This document shows, in pieces, positions 47,589 to 60,672 of a stretch of DNA of 64,000 nucleotides; within the stretch, counting starts at the first letter, position 1; every line of letters begins with the position of its first letter. The position numbers and the translations under genes are program-made. The DNA is from Adineta vaga (Eukaryota > Animalia > Rotifera), in the NCBI GenBank assembly GCA_021613535.1, contig CP075497.1, positions 1,116,001-1,180,000 of the forward strand, read 5' to 3'. Below the pieces are notes generated by a model, which had not been told where the DNA came from, made no database searches, and worked only from the letters and a program-made list of their open reading frames with translations.

Positions 47589-48155
47589 TCAAAATGATAT
47601 AGTAACTTTCAGATTTTGAAATGAACTTGTAACATTCTGACATTGATTATAATTCGTTTGACATAAACATTGAATATTTCCCGACTGACACCAACATTGT
47701 ACAATACCTGGTAACTTTTTAATAAGAACACCTGTAAAAAAGAGAAGAAGAATTTTTATTTATTTCGTAGAAATTTCAAACAAACCATGAGGAAATGATA
47801 ATTCATTGAATTGACATGAATTAGTAGAAATATCATTTTTACAGTGTGAACAGCATTGATCAGATTTATAAATTGGTTTTGTATTATCACTGCAAGTTCT
47901 TGATACACATTGTAACGTTATACAACGAATTAAACGCGAAATTGTACAATGACACATTGTACAAATACTATGTTGAAATACATAACCCAGAGGAATAGAA
48001 GTACCATTATTAAAACGACACCAATCAGAACGATTAACAGATGGTTGATTTAACAAAGTCTTGATTGAATTGAAAGATTTTGATTCTGAATTATTAACAT
48101 TAAGAATTGATAATAAAAGAATTATTTTGATAATCACATTATTTCGTTCAACCAT
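47589..48155 (-). CDS. Secreted von Willebrand factor type C (VWC) domain protein, 2 exons
   Basis: Signal peptide, then CTMCHC...C...C...DQCCSHC. A second partial VWC continues across intron 47785-47732 (FPHG|VLIKKLPGIVQCWCQSGNIQC). Stop at 47589-47591. Confidence 0.75.
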
Positions 48156-49592
48156 CTTTTTTTTTGTCTTCGTATAATATCGAATATATGATAGTTCAAC
48201 TCATTAAATTCGTGACCTTTTCTCCTTTCTACGTTATAAAAGCAAAACATCCAATTATATCTTTTTTCTCTTTCTTTGTCATTGAACATATCGATAAATG
48301 TTTCTACAATAGGATTTATTTGTTCATTTTTATTTCGAATAGAATTGATCAACCATTCAAAACCTTCATAAAGACCTTGATTTTGAATAGCAGATGATGA
48401 TTGTAAATGTCATTTGATATTTTTATTATTAAGTTTGTCTAACTGAAGTTTATCTCGAAGTTGATCATTATTTATTGCATTGGGTAAATCTTGTTATTAG
48501 GAGATATAAGAATAGGGTTTTCTTCAAAATCGATCATTATGAACTATTTGAATCAACAACAAAAGGATGTGGGTGTTTCTTCTGTACCTCAACCACACCC
48601 TCAGCTGAAGAATTCTGGTTTGATACAATAGAATGTGATGAACAACTCGAATGAGGGTGTGGGTGGGTGTCTCAATCCACGCTCACTCACACCCACTAGT
48701 CATAAAGGTCTTAATCGTATGGAAAGAGAAAAATCCTAACTGGAATCAGAATAAACGATATAAACGTTGCTTATTCCTTGAAGAAGATGAACAAATAGGA
48801 AAGATGGTGAAATGTGAACTATATGTTATCATATGTAACATATTTGAAGAACAGATAAAAAAAGAACGAGAGCATGACATATATCATTCTTTAACAATGG
48901 GCTATCCTGTAATGGAGGAAGAAGCACAAAAAGTAGATAAAAACTCGATTCTATATAAACGAAAAGCATTTTCAATTTGTCATCTTTCTAGAGATTGAAA
49001 AACTTCAACAAAATGTTATAAATGTTTAGAATTTCTTTGTCGAATCGAATATGATGATACCATACATTCAGAGTAAAACATTGATGCAAAAATAATATAA
49101 TCCAATAACAAACAAAAGTGTATGGTATCAGTAAAGTACTAAAAAAAGAGCGATTCAATTATTCTACGTAAACGAACAATGAACAAATATTTAACGGATC
49201 TTTATAAATAGACGTTGTTATTCGGAATGAAGTTTTTCTTAGAAAATTATTCATTCATTGAAAATGTAATTAATCGATGACAGTAAAATGTGTAATCTTA
49301 AAAATACGAAAAACCAGGAAAAATACTTGTTTTTGTCAAGTAGAAATATTTTCTTCGTTATTGACAAATTATACTAAATCAACTCAATTAAGGCAATAAT
49401 TTTTCAGGCGAGAAATAAATCCTTTCTTCCAGTTTCCTGACGGTGATAAATTAAAAGTTCATTTTAATGATGAATTTGTTAGACAGCTTACTTCCTTTAA
49501 CATTTTGTGTATATAAGAGAAGAAATCTTGGAGAAAGTGGTGTTTTAATTAGTGAAAATATTTAGTGTTTTTTCTTATCGTTAAACAGGAAA

Positions 49593-51813
49593 ATGACGTC
49601 AGCAAATGTGAGTGATGCTGAAGCCAAAATCGATGCTCTGAAAGCAACTTGGATTCTATTTGACAAAGTCTATTGCTTTTCAATGATTACTCTTGGTACT
49701 ATTGGACATCTCTTAAGCATTTATATCTTTACACGACGTTCAATTCGTATGAATCCCTGTGCACGCTATTTTTTAGCGTCAACATTATGTGGTTGGTTTG
49801 TTGTCTGTTTTGGTATACCTTTTCGGTTTCTCCAACTTGTCTACGATATTAATCCGAGTGGTTATTCGGAACCAGTATGCAAAATTTTTAATTTTTTGTT
49901 TTTTACCTCAAGGTAAATAATAGATTCTTCTCTGTAAATAACTTCGGAATCAACTCTCTAAACTAACAGAAAAAAAGACTTTATTTTTATTACATTAAGT
50001 CAACATTTCATGACGAGTTCTAAGATAATTTTATATAAGAACGACTAGTCTAACATAGGATCAAAGATGAGCAAGTCAAGTCTGACTTCACTTAACGATC
50101 ATTGTGCAGAACATTAGCACGTAAAAAAACTGTTCGGTGATGTTCAGTATAAATTATTAAAGAATAATAACGTTGTATAGATTAATCGACTACTGTTAAT
50201 ATATTAAAAGACAAAATTGAGTGTGTGGATAACACTATTGAATCGATAATCACGGTTAGACAATCCTGTGAATAAATATCGATCTATGATTTTAGCAGAA
50301 AACTGACTCTTAGAAAAATATTTGAGTTAAAATAGTTTTGCTATCGATCAATCACGTATACCAGTGAATGATCATATTTTATAAGACGTCTTTCAATAAC
50401 ATAAGCAGCATTTTCTGTATTTTTTTTCTAGGGCATTAACTTCATGGATTATTGTGTTGGCTTGTGCTGATAGGTTAGTTTCACAAAACATAGAGCTCGA
50501 ATCGAATCGACTTTGGTTAGTTCAAGTTCGATTCGTTTCGATCTAACTCAGATTTGATCTGCTTCCTACAAGAAAAACAAATACGTTTAAGACATACTAG
50601 TACTATTGCTATTACTTGTAGTTTTAATAGCATCTTGGGGTGAGAGTGTGGGCGTTAAATAGATGTGATACCCACACCGTGATACCCCTTTTTATCCATG
50701 TTAATTTTTCAAACAATAAAAAATAGAACATCTTTCTTTAATTTGTAGTGATGAATTCAACTTCCATTATAATATAGAAACAGAATAGAAAAAGGAAAAT
50801 GATTTTAAAAAAAATGTAATCTATTTAATGTCGACTTCTTACAATCCTTTTCATTTCAAATCTGATAATCAATGAAACGTCCATTGAGAAGAGTCTCTCT
50901 TAAGAAAGATCTCTAATTAAATAGTGAATTTATTCTAGCCTAAAGATTTATTTTGATGACAAAGCAGAACATCATTTCAGTGTTTCAATGTACTTTCAAA
51001 TTATAATATATCTGTTCATAATTAGTTTGAATTCTCTAGATATTCTTATAATACAGTCTCCACAGAATAGAATAATACATAGAAATGACGGATTAACTGA
51101 AAAGAATTCATTAGCGAGTGTCCAAAAATATGTATAATAAAGATATTGTTCATAGGTTTGTGTCGAGTTCAACATCTGCGAAGATGCGTGCATGGAGTAG
51201 TATTCGTGTTACTTATTATGCAATTTCAGTGACAACTGTCATAGTCGGTTTGTTTTACATTCATGTGCCTATCTTCTATTACCTGAACCAAAACACTAAT
51301 ACATGTTTGGCGCCACCAGGTACTTACTCAAAATTTTATGGTATTTGGAATTTATTCGTATTCAGTTTGGGTCCACCGCTCAGCATGTTCATATTGGGAG
51401 CATTGACGATTCGTAATGTTCGTCAATCAGTAAAGCGAACTGCTCCCAATAATCCGGATAATGTAACTGGAAACGGAAACCAAATACACCAACGTCGAAA
51501 AGCAATAGACCGACAAATGATTAGAATGCTTCTCGTGCAATGTTTAGTGTTTATTCTTACAGGAACTCCCGTTTCCATTCAGTACATTTATGGAGCAGTG
51601 GTAATAGCATCGGATCCTGTGGAATCAGCTAAAAACAACTTGGCTTGGAATATGATCGGCTTTTTATCGCTCACTGGTCCATGTATCAGTTTCTATTTAT
51701 TTTCTTTATCAAGTAAATTATTTCGCGGTGAACTGATACGTCTGTTTAAAGGTCTAAGGGGATTACTAAGAGGGACAAACATAATTCCCCTCTATCCCAT
51801 ACAAAGACTCTAA
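49593..51813 (+). CDS. Rhodopsin-family 7TM GPCR, 3 exons
   Basis: Exons 49593-49912, 50432-50473 and 51156-51813 join at phase-2 GT-AG junctions and rebuild ACADRF. NPCARYF and SFYLFSL are present. Confidence 0.85.
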
Positions 51814-52719
51814 TCTGGCAATGTTCTTTAAACAACTAACTACATAAATATCATGACTTATATGTCAAACTATTTATATTTGCTACTGAAATAAGAAAAA
51901 AAAGTTTTCGTTTCACTCTCTCTCGCTGTTTTATTTTGTAATATGCTAAACAAAATATCCTATTCCTTAATAAATGTATAGTCACGTCTCTTGGTAAAAT
52001 GTATGTTTGATGTATCCGAATATAAGAATTAGAATCAACCAATCAACGGTAAATAATGAGATAAAAATCATGTGTATATTAATAACGAACGGATGTCATA
52101 ATTATGTGGGTGCTAATGTTAGAAAGATGTAGTACTCACACCAATACTCTCACACCCTTAATTAGAAAAAAAATTAACAAGACATGTGAACAGTAGGAGA
52201 ATAATTTCTTGCGCGAAAAGCATTTTTAATAAACTTTGATTTCTTTTTGATTGTTGTTGTTCATTTTTTATTGTCAACAAACCGAAGATGGTCATGAATA
52301 ACAATGGCAAAGGTGTTGAACCAAATACATAGATGAGATCTGTAGTATGAGACGATAAATATATGTTTGATCCACAACAACCACGAAGCGTTCCAATTAA
52401 ATTGACTCTATGACAGTAGAGTATTCAAATATTAATGGGAGATGTATAAATATAAGTACAATAAATATGCTTCGTCGAACATTTTTCAAATTACTCAGAT
52501 GTCGTAAATATACGTGAATAATTTATGATAACCATCGATCGATTATAGTCGCTAAGATAATCATTCATATAAAAGACGGCTGTTCTTGCACTATATAGAA
52601 TAATATTTCGAAATTTACAAATCTGTTTGACAACTAAAGTTAAATCAATTGTATAATCAGACATGATCCTACTGATAAATGCACTCAGAATAACAATAAG
52701 GTCAACCAAGGATGAAACA

Positions 52720-52779
52720 AGGGTGTGGGTGTGGGTGAGTATGGAGACGACTCCCATGCCCACCCATACCCTCAAGATG
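52720..52779. repeat. Telomere-like hairpin element copy
   Basis: AGGGTGTGGGTGTGGGTGAGT...ACTCCCATGCCCACCCATACCCTCAAGATG. Confidence 0.85.
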
Positions 52780-53133
52780 GTTCTCGCATCATCGGTGTAG
52801 TGTGAACTCATAGATTCGACTTGATATATTTCACAAAATCGAATCAAAGAGCATTGGAAATCCATATACGCATAAACGAAAACAAAAAAATTTTTCTTTC
52901 GATTATCAATGCTTCCAGAGCAGTATCTTGCGCCATCTTTGATTGTATCTAGTTGGAATAAGAGCACCAATAGAGAAACTTTCATTTCTTTTTTTATTTA
53001 TCTTTGACCTACATTTTTAGATTAGTGAAGAGAAAAACAAGTGATCTGACAAACTTTAATCGTTATTTCGCAACTTTTACATTTATATAAGACAACAAAA
53101 ATACAATATATTTTAAAAAAAACAAGATTCAAA

Positions 53134-54459
53134 ATGACTTCTTACGTTGATGCATCTATTCCATCAGGAAATGGTCGTCGAATTACATTACTCGGTACGG
53201 ATTTGATTTTTGCTAGTATTGAGAATGTTTTTGTTTATCCAACTCTTGATGTTGATCGATTACGAAATGCTCTCGGTGAAACACTTTCTCTATGGCCAAT
53301 TCTAACTGGTCGTATTATTGTCAATGATAATCAATACATGATTGAATGTTCTGATAATTCTATTCCATTTAATTATACTGAAAATAGTGAATTGGAATGT
53401 TGGCCAGATTTACCTGTTGTTATTGATGATAAAACAATACTTGAACCATTTATTGATTCCGTTCAATATAAACCTGAAATTGAACCACTTCTTCGATTGA
53501 AAGTTACTTATTTACTTCGTAGTAACGAATATGTTGTTGGTACAAGTACATCACATTTAGTTGGTGATGCTAATTCAAATATTCATTTTCTAAGTGATCT
53601 TTCTCAAATTTATCAACATCTTGAACCTTTACTACCTCGTCCTATTTTTCAACGATGTTTATTAAATAAAGAAAAAATAGATCTTTCTTTTCCGCTTATT
53701 AAAGAAATCTCGGAAAAAGCTGAAAAGATAGAATCTTTTTTTGGACGTATTATCAAAGGAAAATCCGAAACTGAACAAATCAATTTATCTTTTTCTTCCG
53801 AACAACTCATTACATTACACAATATTGGTAAATCTGATGATGAAGAAGTGACGATTCATGATACACTTTGTGCTTATATTATTATTACTTTAAATAAACA
53901 TTTTTTTCTTACAACAGATGAACATATTCAACGTGCTCGCATGATTATTAATTATCGTGGTATATGTGATTCATTAGTAACACAAGGTCATGTAGGAAAT
54001 TACATTATTTCAATACCATCTTCTGAGTTTACAGATTCACTTTCTTTACCTTCTATTGCCAAAACGATTCGACAAGCAATTAAAACGATTCGTAATGAAG
54101 ATTTTCTTGAAAAATGGATTGTCTCTGCTGATGTCTTAACAAGAGAACTTATCAAAGATAGTCGTGTTAATTATGTATTAGATCAGAATGAAGTTGTTTT
54201 TAATTCAAATTTCAAATATGACTGGGCAAATCAATTTAATTTGGGTATGATAAATCAATGTCGATTTCATACAGCAATATCATTTAAATTTTATTTTCGA
54301 ATATTTCAATTGAATCCTATTAAAGAAAAAGATGGACGTTGGACAAGAGATAATGGAGGTGCACAAGTCGCTGTTAGAATTCCAAAAGGAGAACGAAAAC
54401 AGAATTTTTTAGAAGCATGGAAAAAAGATATTCAAGAAAATTTTATAAATGTTAAATAA
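53134..54459 (+). CDS. BAHD/transferase-family acyl-CoA acyltransferase, intronless
   Basis: LRNALGETLSLWPILTGR, PLLRLKVT, catalytic HxxxD (SHLVGDA), HVGNYI and a degenerate DFGWG-like QFNLG. Confidence 0.8.
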   Translation: MTSYVDASIPSGNGRRITLLGTDLIFASIENVFVYPTLDVDRLRNALGETLSLWPILTGRIIVNDNQYMIECSDNSIPFNYTENSELECWPDLPVVIDDKTILEPFIDSVQYKPEIEPLLRLKVTYLLRSNEYVVGTSTSHLVGDANSNIHFLSDLSQIYQHLEPLLPRPIFQRCLLNKEKIDLSFPLIKEISEKAEKIESFFGRIIKGKSETEQINLSFSSEQLITLHNIGKSDDEEVTIHDTLCAYIIITLNKHFFLTTDEHIQRARMIINYRGICDSLVTQGHVGNYIISIPSSEFTDSLSLPSIAKTIRQAIKTIRNEDFLEKWIVSADVLTRELIKDSRVNYVLDQNEVVFNSNFKYDWANQFNLGMINQCRFHTAISFKFYFRIFQLNPIKEKDGRWTRDNGGAQVAVRIPKGERKQNFLEAWKKDIQENFINVK

Positions 54460-54944
54460 ATAAATCTACTAAAGAAAATCATATAAGAATCTTGAGGGTG
54501 TGACTGTAAATATAAAAACTGTGTAGTAACTGAATCAAGTCAACTGCTGAAATTACAATTATTAGTTTGAATGAAATATCAAGATCTGCATAAAATCAAT
54601 CACCTAACACAACATCAGATGATAATGGATCTGTTTATATTCACAAACTCTTGATCGTTTCTGAGAAAGACGAGAAATATTTTGACATTCTTGTCAATTC
54701 AAACTATGAGGTGGAAAGGCAGTTTTCATCTTCCTGTTACAAAACTGTGAGACTTAATATACCTTTTGACTTAATGTGATAAGACATTTTAATTTAAATA
54801 ATGTACGTCATGTTGTTTTTTCTTTGAGTGAAGCTTAAAGACAACTTTTTTTCAATGCTGAGTAGAATTAATAATTCGAATATGTAAGGAAAGTGCATAT
54901 GTCATTACAATTATTCTACGGTCACATATAAGCGTGAATAAACT

Positions 54945-55928
54945 ATGTCGTCTTCTGTATTACCAATTCTACAAGTTCAACTCAATCGATATGCATTACC
55001 TATTATTCTGATTTTGGGCAATATTGGCAACATTTTTATTGTGATTCTATTCAATAAGCATTGTCATAATTCTTGCTCGATGTATCTCATATGTGCAGCA
55101 ATAATGAACAATGCTTTTATGACTTTGAATATTCCAATATCTGTTTACAGTATTGATTACGGAGATCCAACAGTTCAGTCGTTGTTTTTTTGTAAAATAC
55201 GATTCTACCTGTATCACGTCTGGGGTCAAGTAGCCAGATATTTTCTGATACTTGCATGTGTTGATCGATTTTTATTGACACATAATCAAGCTCATTTTCG
55301 TTTTTTTAACCGTCCATTGATAACGAAACGAATTATAGGAATAACATTTATCTTTTGGCATATATTCTCTATTCATATACTAATCTTGACAACAATTACT
55401 GGTGGACGATGTGTTCCAACTGGTGTTTATTATATGTTCTATTATACTTATCTTCTTCTTTTTGTTTGTTTAATTCCAGGAATAATAATGACAACTTGTG
55501 CTTTTTTGACCTATCGTAATATAAAAAAATTACATAGACGTATTCAACCACTCAACAACACTATTAATGGTAATCGAAATGCCATCACAATTCATCGTCA
55601 AGATCGAGACTTACTTAGTATGGTACTTATAGAAGTAGCTATTTATGTAGTGACAACATTTGTTTATCCATTTATTATTATGGAAGTTTCAGTGTCTAAT
55701 TACATGAGTATCAATAAAAGTATTACATATCTTCAGATTGAAAACTTTATTTCTAATCTTGGAACACTACTCATTTACTTCAATAGTGCTGTCCCTTTCT
55801 ATACATACTTTATTAGTACAAAACCATTTCGTAGAGATTTCAAAAAGTTATTTACCAAATTCACATTTCCAGCAAATAGAACAATCAATATACCTGAAAG
55901 TCAAAGAACGGGACAAGTGCAACAATAA
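54945..55928 (+). CDS. Rhodopsin-family 7TM GPCR, intronless
   Basis: GNIGN in TM1, NSCSMYL, FCKIRFY, ACVDRF and PFYTY. Confidence 0.85.
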   Translation: MSSSVLPILQVQLNRYALPIILILGNIGNIFIVILFNKHCHNSCSMYLICAAIMNNAFMTLNIPISVYSIDYGDPTVQSLFFCKIRFYLYHVWGQVARYFLILACVDRFLLTHNQAHFRFFNRPLITKRIIGITFIFWHIFSIHILILTTITGGRCVPTGVYYMFYYTYLLLFVCLIPGIIMTTCAFLTYRNIKKLHRRIQPLNNTINGNRNAITIHRQDRDLLSMVLIEVAIYVVTTFVYPFIIMEVSVSNYMSINKSITYLQIENFISNLGTLLIYFNSAVPFYTYFISTKPFRRDFKKLFTKFTFPANRTINIPESQRTGQVQQ

Positions 55929-56193
55929 AGACGACATTATTTTGACTTTTGACACTTCAGATGAAATTTTGATGTACATGTTTATTTAGATTGTTCTCAA
56001 AAAATTTATCTTCAATATTTCTTTGTAATATGATCGAGGAGGATTAATTTGCAATAGAGTTGTTTCAATAGTTCAGATTACAGAGAAATTAGAAAGAAGT
56101 ACTAAAGTATATCTTGGTTGAGAATATAATGATTTCACAAATGAATGTAGACATTTTCTAGAATTATTAGAATTGTACGCAGATGTATTTTTA

Positions 56194-56982
56194 TTATTTC
56201 AATAGAAGAATGAAAAACATGATAGAAATATATAACATAATATTTAGAGATGAATTACAGTTCATACTACCTGGAATCGAATTAGATATAGTTTGACATA
56301 CGTCACAACTCAACTGATGCGTGACAGTATCGGCGTTAAATGAGACGGCTGCTGTTTGTGCATAAATATTACCATAATAAGTTACGTTGATTGCAAATTC
56401 AACGGACGCATAAGCGAGAATATTACCAATGAAGAGACTGTATTGACCAAGTGTGGCACTACTACCTATCTGCCAGAATATACAACCAGCTTTAACACCA
56501 TTTATTAATCGAACTTCACTATTGGCAGATGTTATGAGAGTACTACCGACCTGAAATATATATATACCAGTTCCATTTAATGTCAAAATGCCTGCGGGTG
56601 AATAGATTCCAGCAGCCGAATCGAATTTGTAGACGCCTGGTGCAAGTATCTTACCTGCTAGATCAACACCAGTCATTTGTGCAGTGAGTGGTATACTTCT
56701 TAGCTCGTTATACGCCGTGGTCGCATCTTGTTGAGCTTGTAAAGCGATACCAGTGCCCAGTTCAGTGACGCCATTGATTACACCCGGTGGATTAAAACCA
56801 GTTAATGCGACGCTTGGACTAATAGCTAAATTACCATTAATAACGGTAAACCCAGTATTACTTATCGCACTTGCAGCAACTACTGTAAAATTGGCAGCAC
56901 TTCTCATGGTTGGACAAACTGTCAAACTATCAGTAGTCGTTATTAAACATAGTAGAGCAATAGAAATTATACTCAATAACAT
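56194..56982 (-). CDS. DUF3494 (IBP-1) ice-binding-like protein with signal peptide and hydrophobic C-terminal tail
   Basis: Start MLLSIISIALL at 56982. Motifs FTVVAASAISNTG.T.INGNLAISP, AQQDATTAYN, LAPGVYKF, IFQVGSTL, IFWQIGSSATLG and GNILA. Confidence 0.9.
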   Translation of the reverse strand: MLLSIISIALLCLITTTDSLTVCPTMRSAANFTVVAASAISNTGFTVINGNLAISPSVALTGFNPPGVINGVTELGTGIALQAQQDATTAYNELRSIPLTAQMTGVDLAGKILAPGVYKFDSAAGIYSPAGILTLNGTGIYIFQVGSTLITSANSEVRLINGVKAGCIFWQIGSSATLGQYSLFIGNILAYASVEFAINVTYYGNIYAQTAAVSFNADTVTHQLSCDVCQTISNSIPGSMNCNSSLNIMLYISIMFFILLLK

Positions 56983-58838
56983 ATTTGTGTAGAAGATAAT
57001 TCTAGCTGATGTATGAATATGAAAATTACATGCGTTATTTATACGTCTAACTTTTAGTATTAATATGCATACAGTGTATGAAAACATAAAAAGAAAAGGG
57101 TATTCAAAAGTTTTATATAGAAGAAAACCTTTGCCATCAATGAATGTTGTGAAATGTATATCATACAGAACAAAAAATATTTATATATACATTATTAACA
57201 TTTTCTTCTTTGATAATAAATGAAGAAATAAAAGAAAGATTAAAGTTCATGACCAATTCATACAAAATGTTGTTTGGAATATTAATTATATGGTTACATC
57301 AAACATAGTTCCATCTTCAACAGTGATACACGGCGTGGATCAACACAACATTGTATGATTCATGGAGATCAACGAGGACAAATTTTCATTTTTGATACGA
57401 GTGCATAATAATTAAAAGGAAAAATATTAGATTATTTTATTCTTTTTCTATCTATGAAATGGAAATAAAAATAAATTGACAGTAGGGATTTCAGAGCAAA
57501 TTTGAAACTCAGCCCTTCACATTTATTCCTCTTTTTAAATCGTGTAAAAGTGAAAATACAATTTCATGTAGTGAAAAGAATATTGTGGTTATCTTACTTC
57601 GTTAGTCAATCCCGACGGATCATTTAGCAACTATAAAAATCCTCTGTAGAATGAAGTAGATGGGAAATAGGTAACTTTTTGTTGTGTTTGGAATGTTTTT
57701 ATTTCTATTATTGATTTAATTTCGTCTTCAAATATCAAAACTCTTAATCGCATATTTTCTAGGTCTTATGTATAGAACGTATGGGATCAGTAAAGTACTA
57801 ATTGTAGCAGATCGGGCGAAATGATACCTTGTTTTAGTTACGCTATACCCAACATCTGATCTTTGTCATCTATACTATGAGAGGTGTTTTGTTTATTGAT
57901 TTAATTCAAGATTGCTGAACATGATAATTTTGTTTAATTATCGTTTTTGATTGTTTTGATCATTTCTCTTGGTTTATCAACATTTAAATCCATCATAATT
58001 CGTTGAATAATTATAATAATTGGGTGAGAGTGTGGGTGTTAGATGGATGTAGTACCCACACACTTCTCTTTTGGATTGTATAAAAAAGAGTTTATATAAG
58101 TCTACTCAAGGACATTAAACTGTTACTGCTTGCACTTTTCCGATGCATTCAGTACTTTAATAGAAACAATTTATTGCGCAGACATTTAAAATATTGCTTA
58201 CCTTTTTCTTTCTTTCTGTTCTGTCATGTTTGTACGTCTAGCAAAGAGGCAGAGAGTAGACGACGAGGAAAAACGACTATATTTTCTCTTCTCTCTAAGT
58301 CTAAATAAGTTTATTTATTTTCAAGAAATTATACTTTAATTTCAACTTTCTTGACAAAATTGTCACTAATTCAAACGAATATTGTTATTTGAAGTGTGTT
58401 GATCAAGAACGTATTACATGATTTATTATTCAACACTTGCAGTTATAATATTTTTCTTCCATTCTGTCATGCTTATGTAAGAAAAAAACATGTAGAGTGT
58501 AAGAAGAAAAAATGAGTCCATTTTCTCTATAAACTTCGAGTGCGACGACGTTTGCATTTTACATAAGAATAATTTCTTGTAATAGAAATATGTGTTGATT
58601 TTCACATAGGTTGATGAGAGAAATCATTCGATGTAAAGAGTAATTACTAGTAAATCAATATGAGTAAAGTGAAAACTTTTGAAAAACTAATTAACACAAA
58701 ATATTGTTCCTGATTTCTATGAGAAATAGTTTGTCTATGTTTTCGATCAAAGCGTTTTTACCGTAATAGAAAAGGTTGTGAGAAGAAAGAATATAATTAA
58801 TCAAATATTTTTTTTACATTTAGATCTTTGATTGAGCA

Positions 58839-60672
58839 ATGTCTGGTGAAGAAATTTGCATTATTGTTATTCCGAACGATTTACCGCCTGAGAATGATAA
58901 TCAGCAAAGTACTGTTGCTGATAACAAGCACATAGCAGATGAGGTTTGAATAACTGTTTTAAAACTTGGATGTATGTATTCAGACATTTTTCTTGTTAGA
59001 GTATATCACAGATCAATGAAATTAGAAGATCGATAGACGGCGGTAGTAATGAACAGAATGAATCAGTATTTGTATCGTCTGGACAGCACACAGAAGAATA
59101 TCCATGTCGACAATGTGAACAATCCTTAGCTAGTCGATTACGGTTTCATATTATTCCAAAACTGAAACTACGAAAGACTATTTGGATTCCAACCAATTAT
59201 AATAAAAGTTTTTTTGTTATTTGTTATACTGAGTTAGGTCTTCAATCTGATGGCATTCTCGATGAATTGCGCCGCGCAGAAATCGGTATTCGTGGTGAAT
59301 CACAAGTTCTCATTATTCCCGTGAGTTGTTCTCTGGGATTACAAAATGTTATAGAAAAACAAAGAACCATGGCCGATAATAATAATACATCTGGAACTGC
59401 TCTTGATGGCGAAAATCATGCAGCGAATTTACCTAAAACATTATTATCAGTTAATGAAAGACCATTGCATCCATTCTTGAAAAGTATTCGTGCTCGTTTA
59501 ACCGTACATAAAATTCTCGGAATGATTCGACAACAAAGTTCATTTACATTCGATTATTTTTTCTTCTGTATCTTGGCTTCTTTAATTGCATGTTTAGGTC
59601 TTTTAGAGAACAATACTGTGTAAGTTTAATTTACTGTAATATCAGAAATAATACTACTCTTTTTTATAGAGTTTTGGTGGGAAGCGCACTACTCTCACCT
59701 CTGATGGTAGAAATCAGTTCAATTCTTTTTTAGTATCTTTTTTTTCTTGTTTTTGTTAGGGTCCTATCATAGGTTTTGTCATTGGTATTCGCACTCGTGA
59801 GAAGAAATTATGGTTCTCCGGATTGAAGTCTGAATGTCTAGGAATTATGATTGGCATGCTTACCGGATTTCTTTTTGGACTATGTACGACCTGGTCCGAA
59901 ACTAAATGGGGTTCTAGTGACTCCTTTCCTACTGACGAAATGCGATCCAGGTGGAATTTGATATCTTCGTCTAAAAAAAAATAAATAATCAATTATTAAT
60001 CTTCTAGAGGTGACCACCGACGTTTATGGTTTGGTACTTTGGTTGCGTTAGCCAGTGTAAATCAATCTAACCGAGAGCGCTAGAATAAATTGTTTGATTT
60101 CTATTTCTTAGGGTGCTGCAGCAGCTCTATCCACTCTCGGCGGCAATTTTGGCTCGTTAGTTGGAGTGGCAATTAGTGCTTCTATTCTTCCTCCTGCCGT
60201 CAATACAGGCTTATTGTTTAGTTACAGTCTTCTAGCTTTTTCTCGATCAAACATAGGTCGTCATTCCACAATACAAACAAATGGAACAGCAACTTTTCAT
60301 TCACTTCCAAATTTTGTTAATTGCACAGAACTTATCAACAATAAATATATACCTCTCTATTCGTGTGATATGCCTCGAGAAGCGGCTCAGTTAGGAATAT
60401 TTTCTTTTATTATAACCTTGATTAATATTCTTAGTATTTGTTTGATGGCCATATGTATCCTTTTAATCAAAAGAGTTACACCAATTGTTTCAGATGATGA
60501 AATAAGTAAGTTTTGACTTTTCAATTATACTTTTGTTCTTTAAAAAGAATTGAAATTTTATTTTACAGCTCGATCTTGGCGTTCAGATCTGAAGAATACA
60601 CATACTTTGCCGAATAATCAATTGAATACTGTGTCTGATAGAGAAAATGATCAAGAGCTTACTGAAGTTTAG
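58839..60672 (+). CDS. DUF389-family multi-pass membrane protein, multi-exon
   Basis: IACLGLLENNTV|VLVGSALLSPLM|GPII and SLVGVAISASILPPAVNTG motifs lie across short GT-AG introns. Stop TAG at 60670-60672. Confidence 0.75.

Noticed and set aside
50491-50545. TAGAGCTCGAATCGAA...TTCGATTCG inverted repeat as an ncRNA (similar motif near 3515)
   Set aside because: It is short and degenerate with no RNA-family features; more likely a decayed MITE.
52491-52985. 164-aa minus-strand ORF, and likewise 48651-48998, 36729-36995 and 45961-46308
   Set aside because: They run through hairpin elements and show no domain features, so they are probably chance ORFs.
59208-59237. Possible 30-bp intron in the DUF389 gene
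   Set aside because: The frame reads through without a stop and the length is well below the roughly 50-bp introns seen elsewhere, so no intron is needed.
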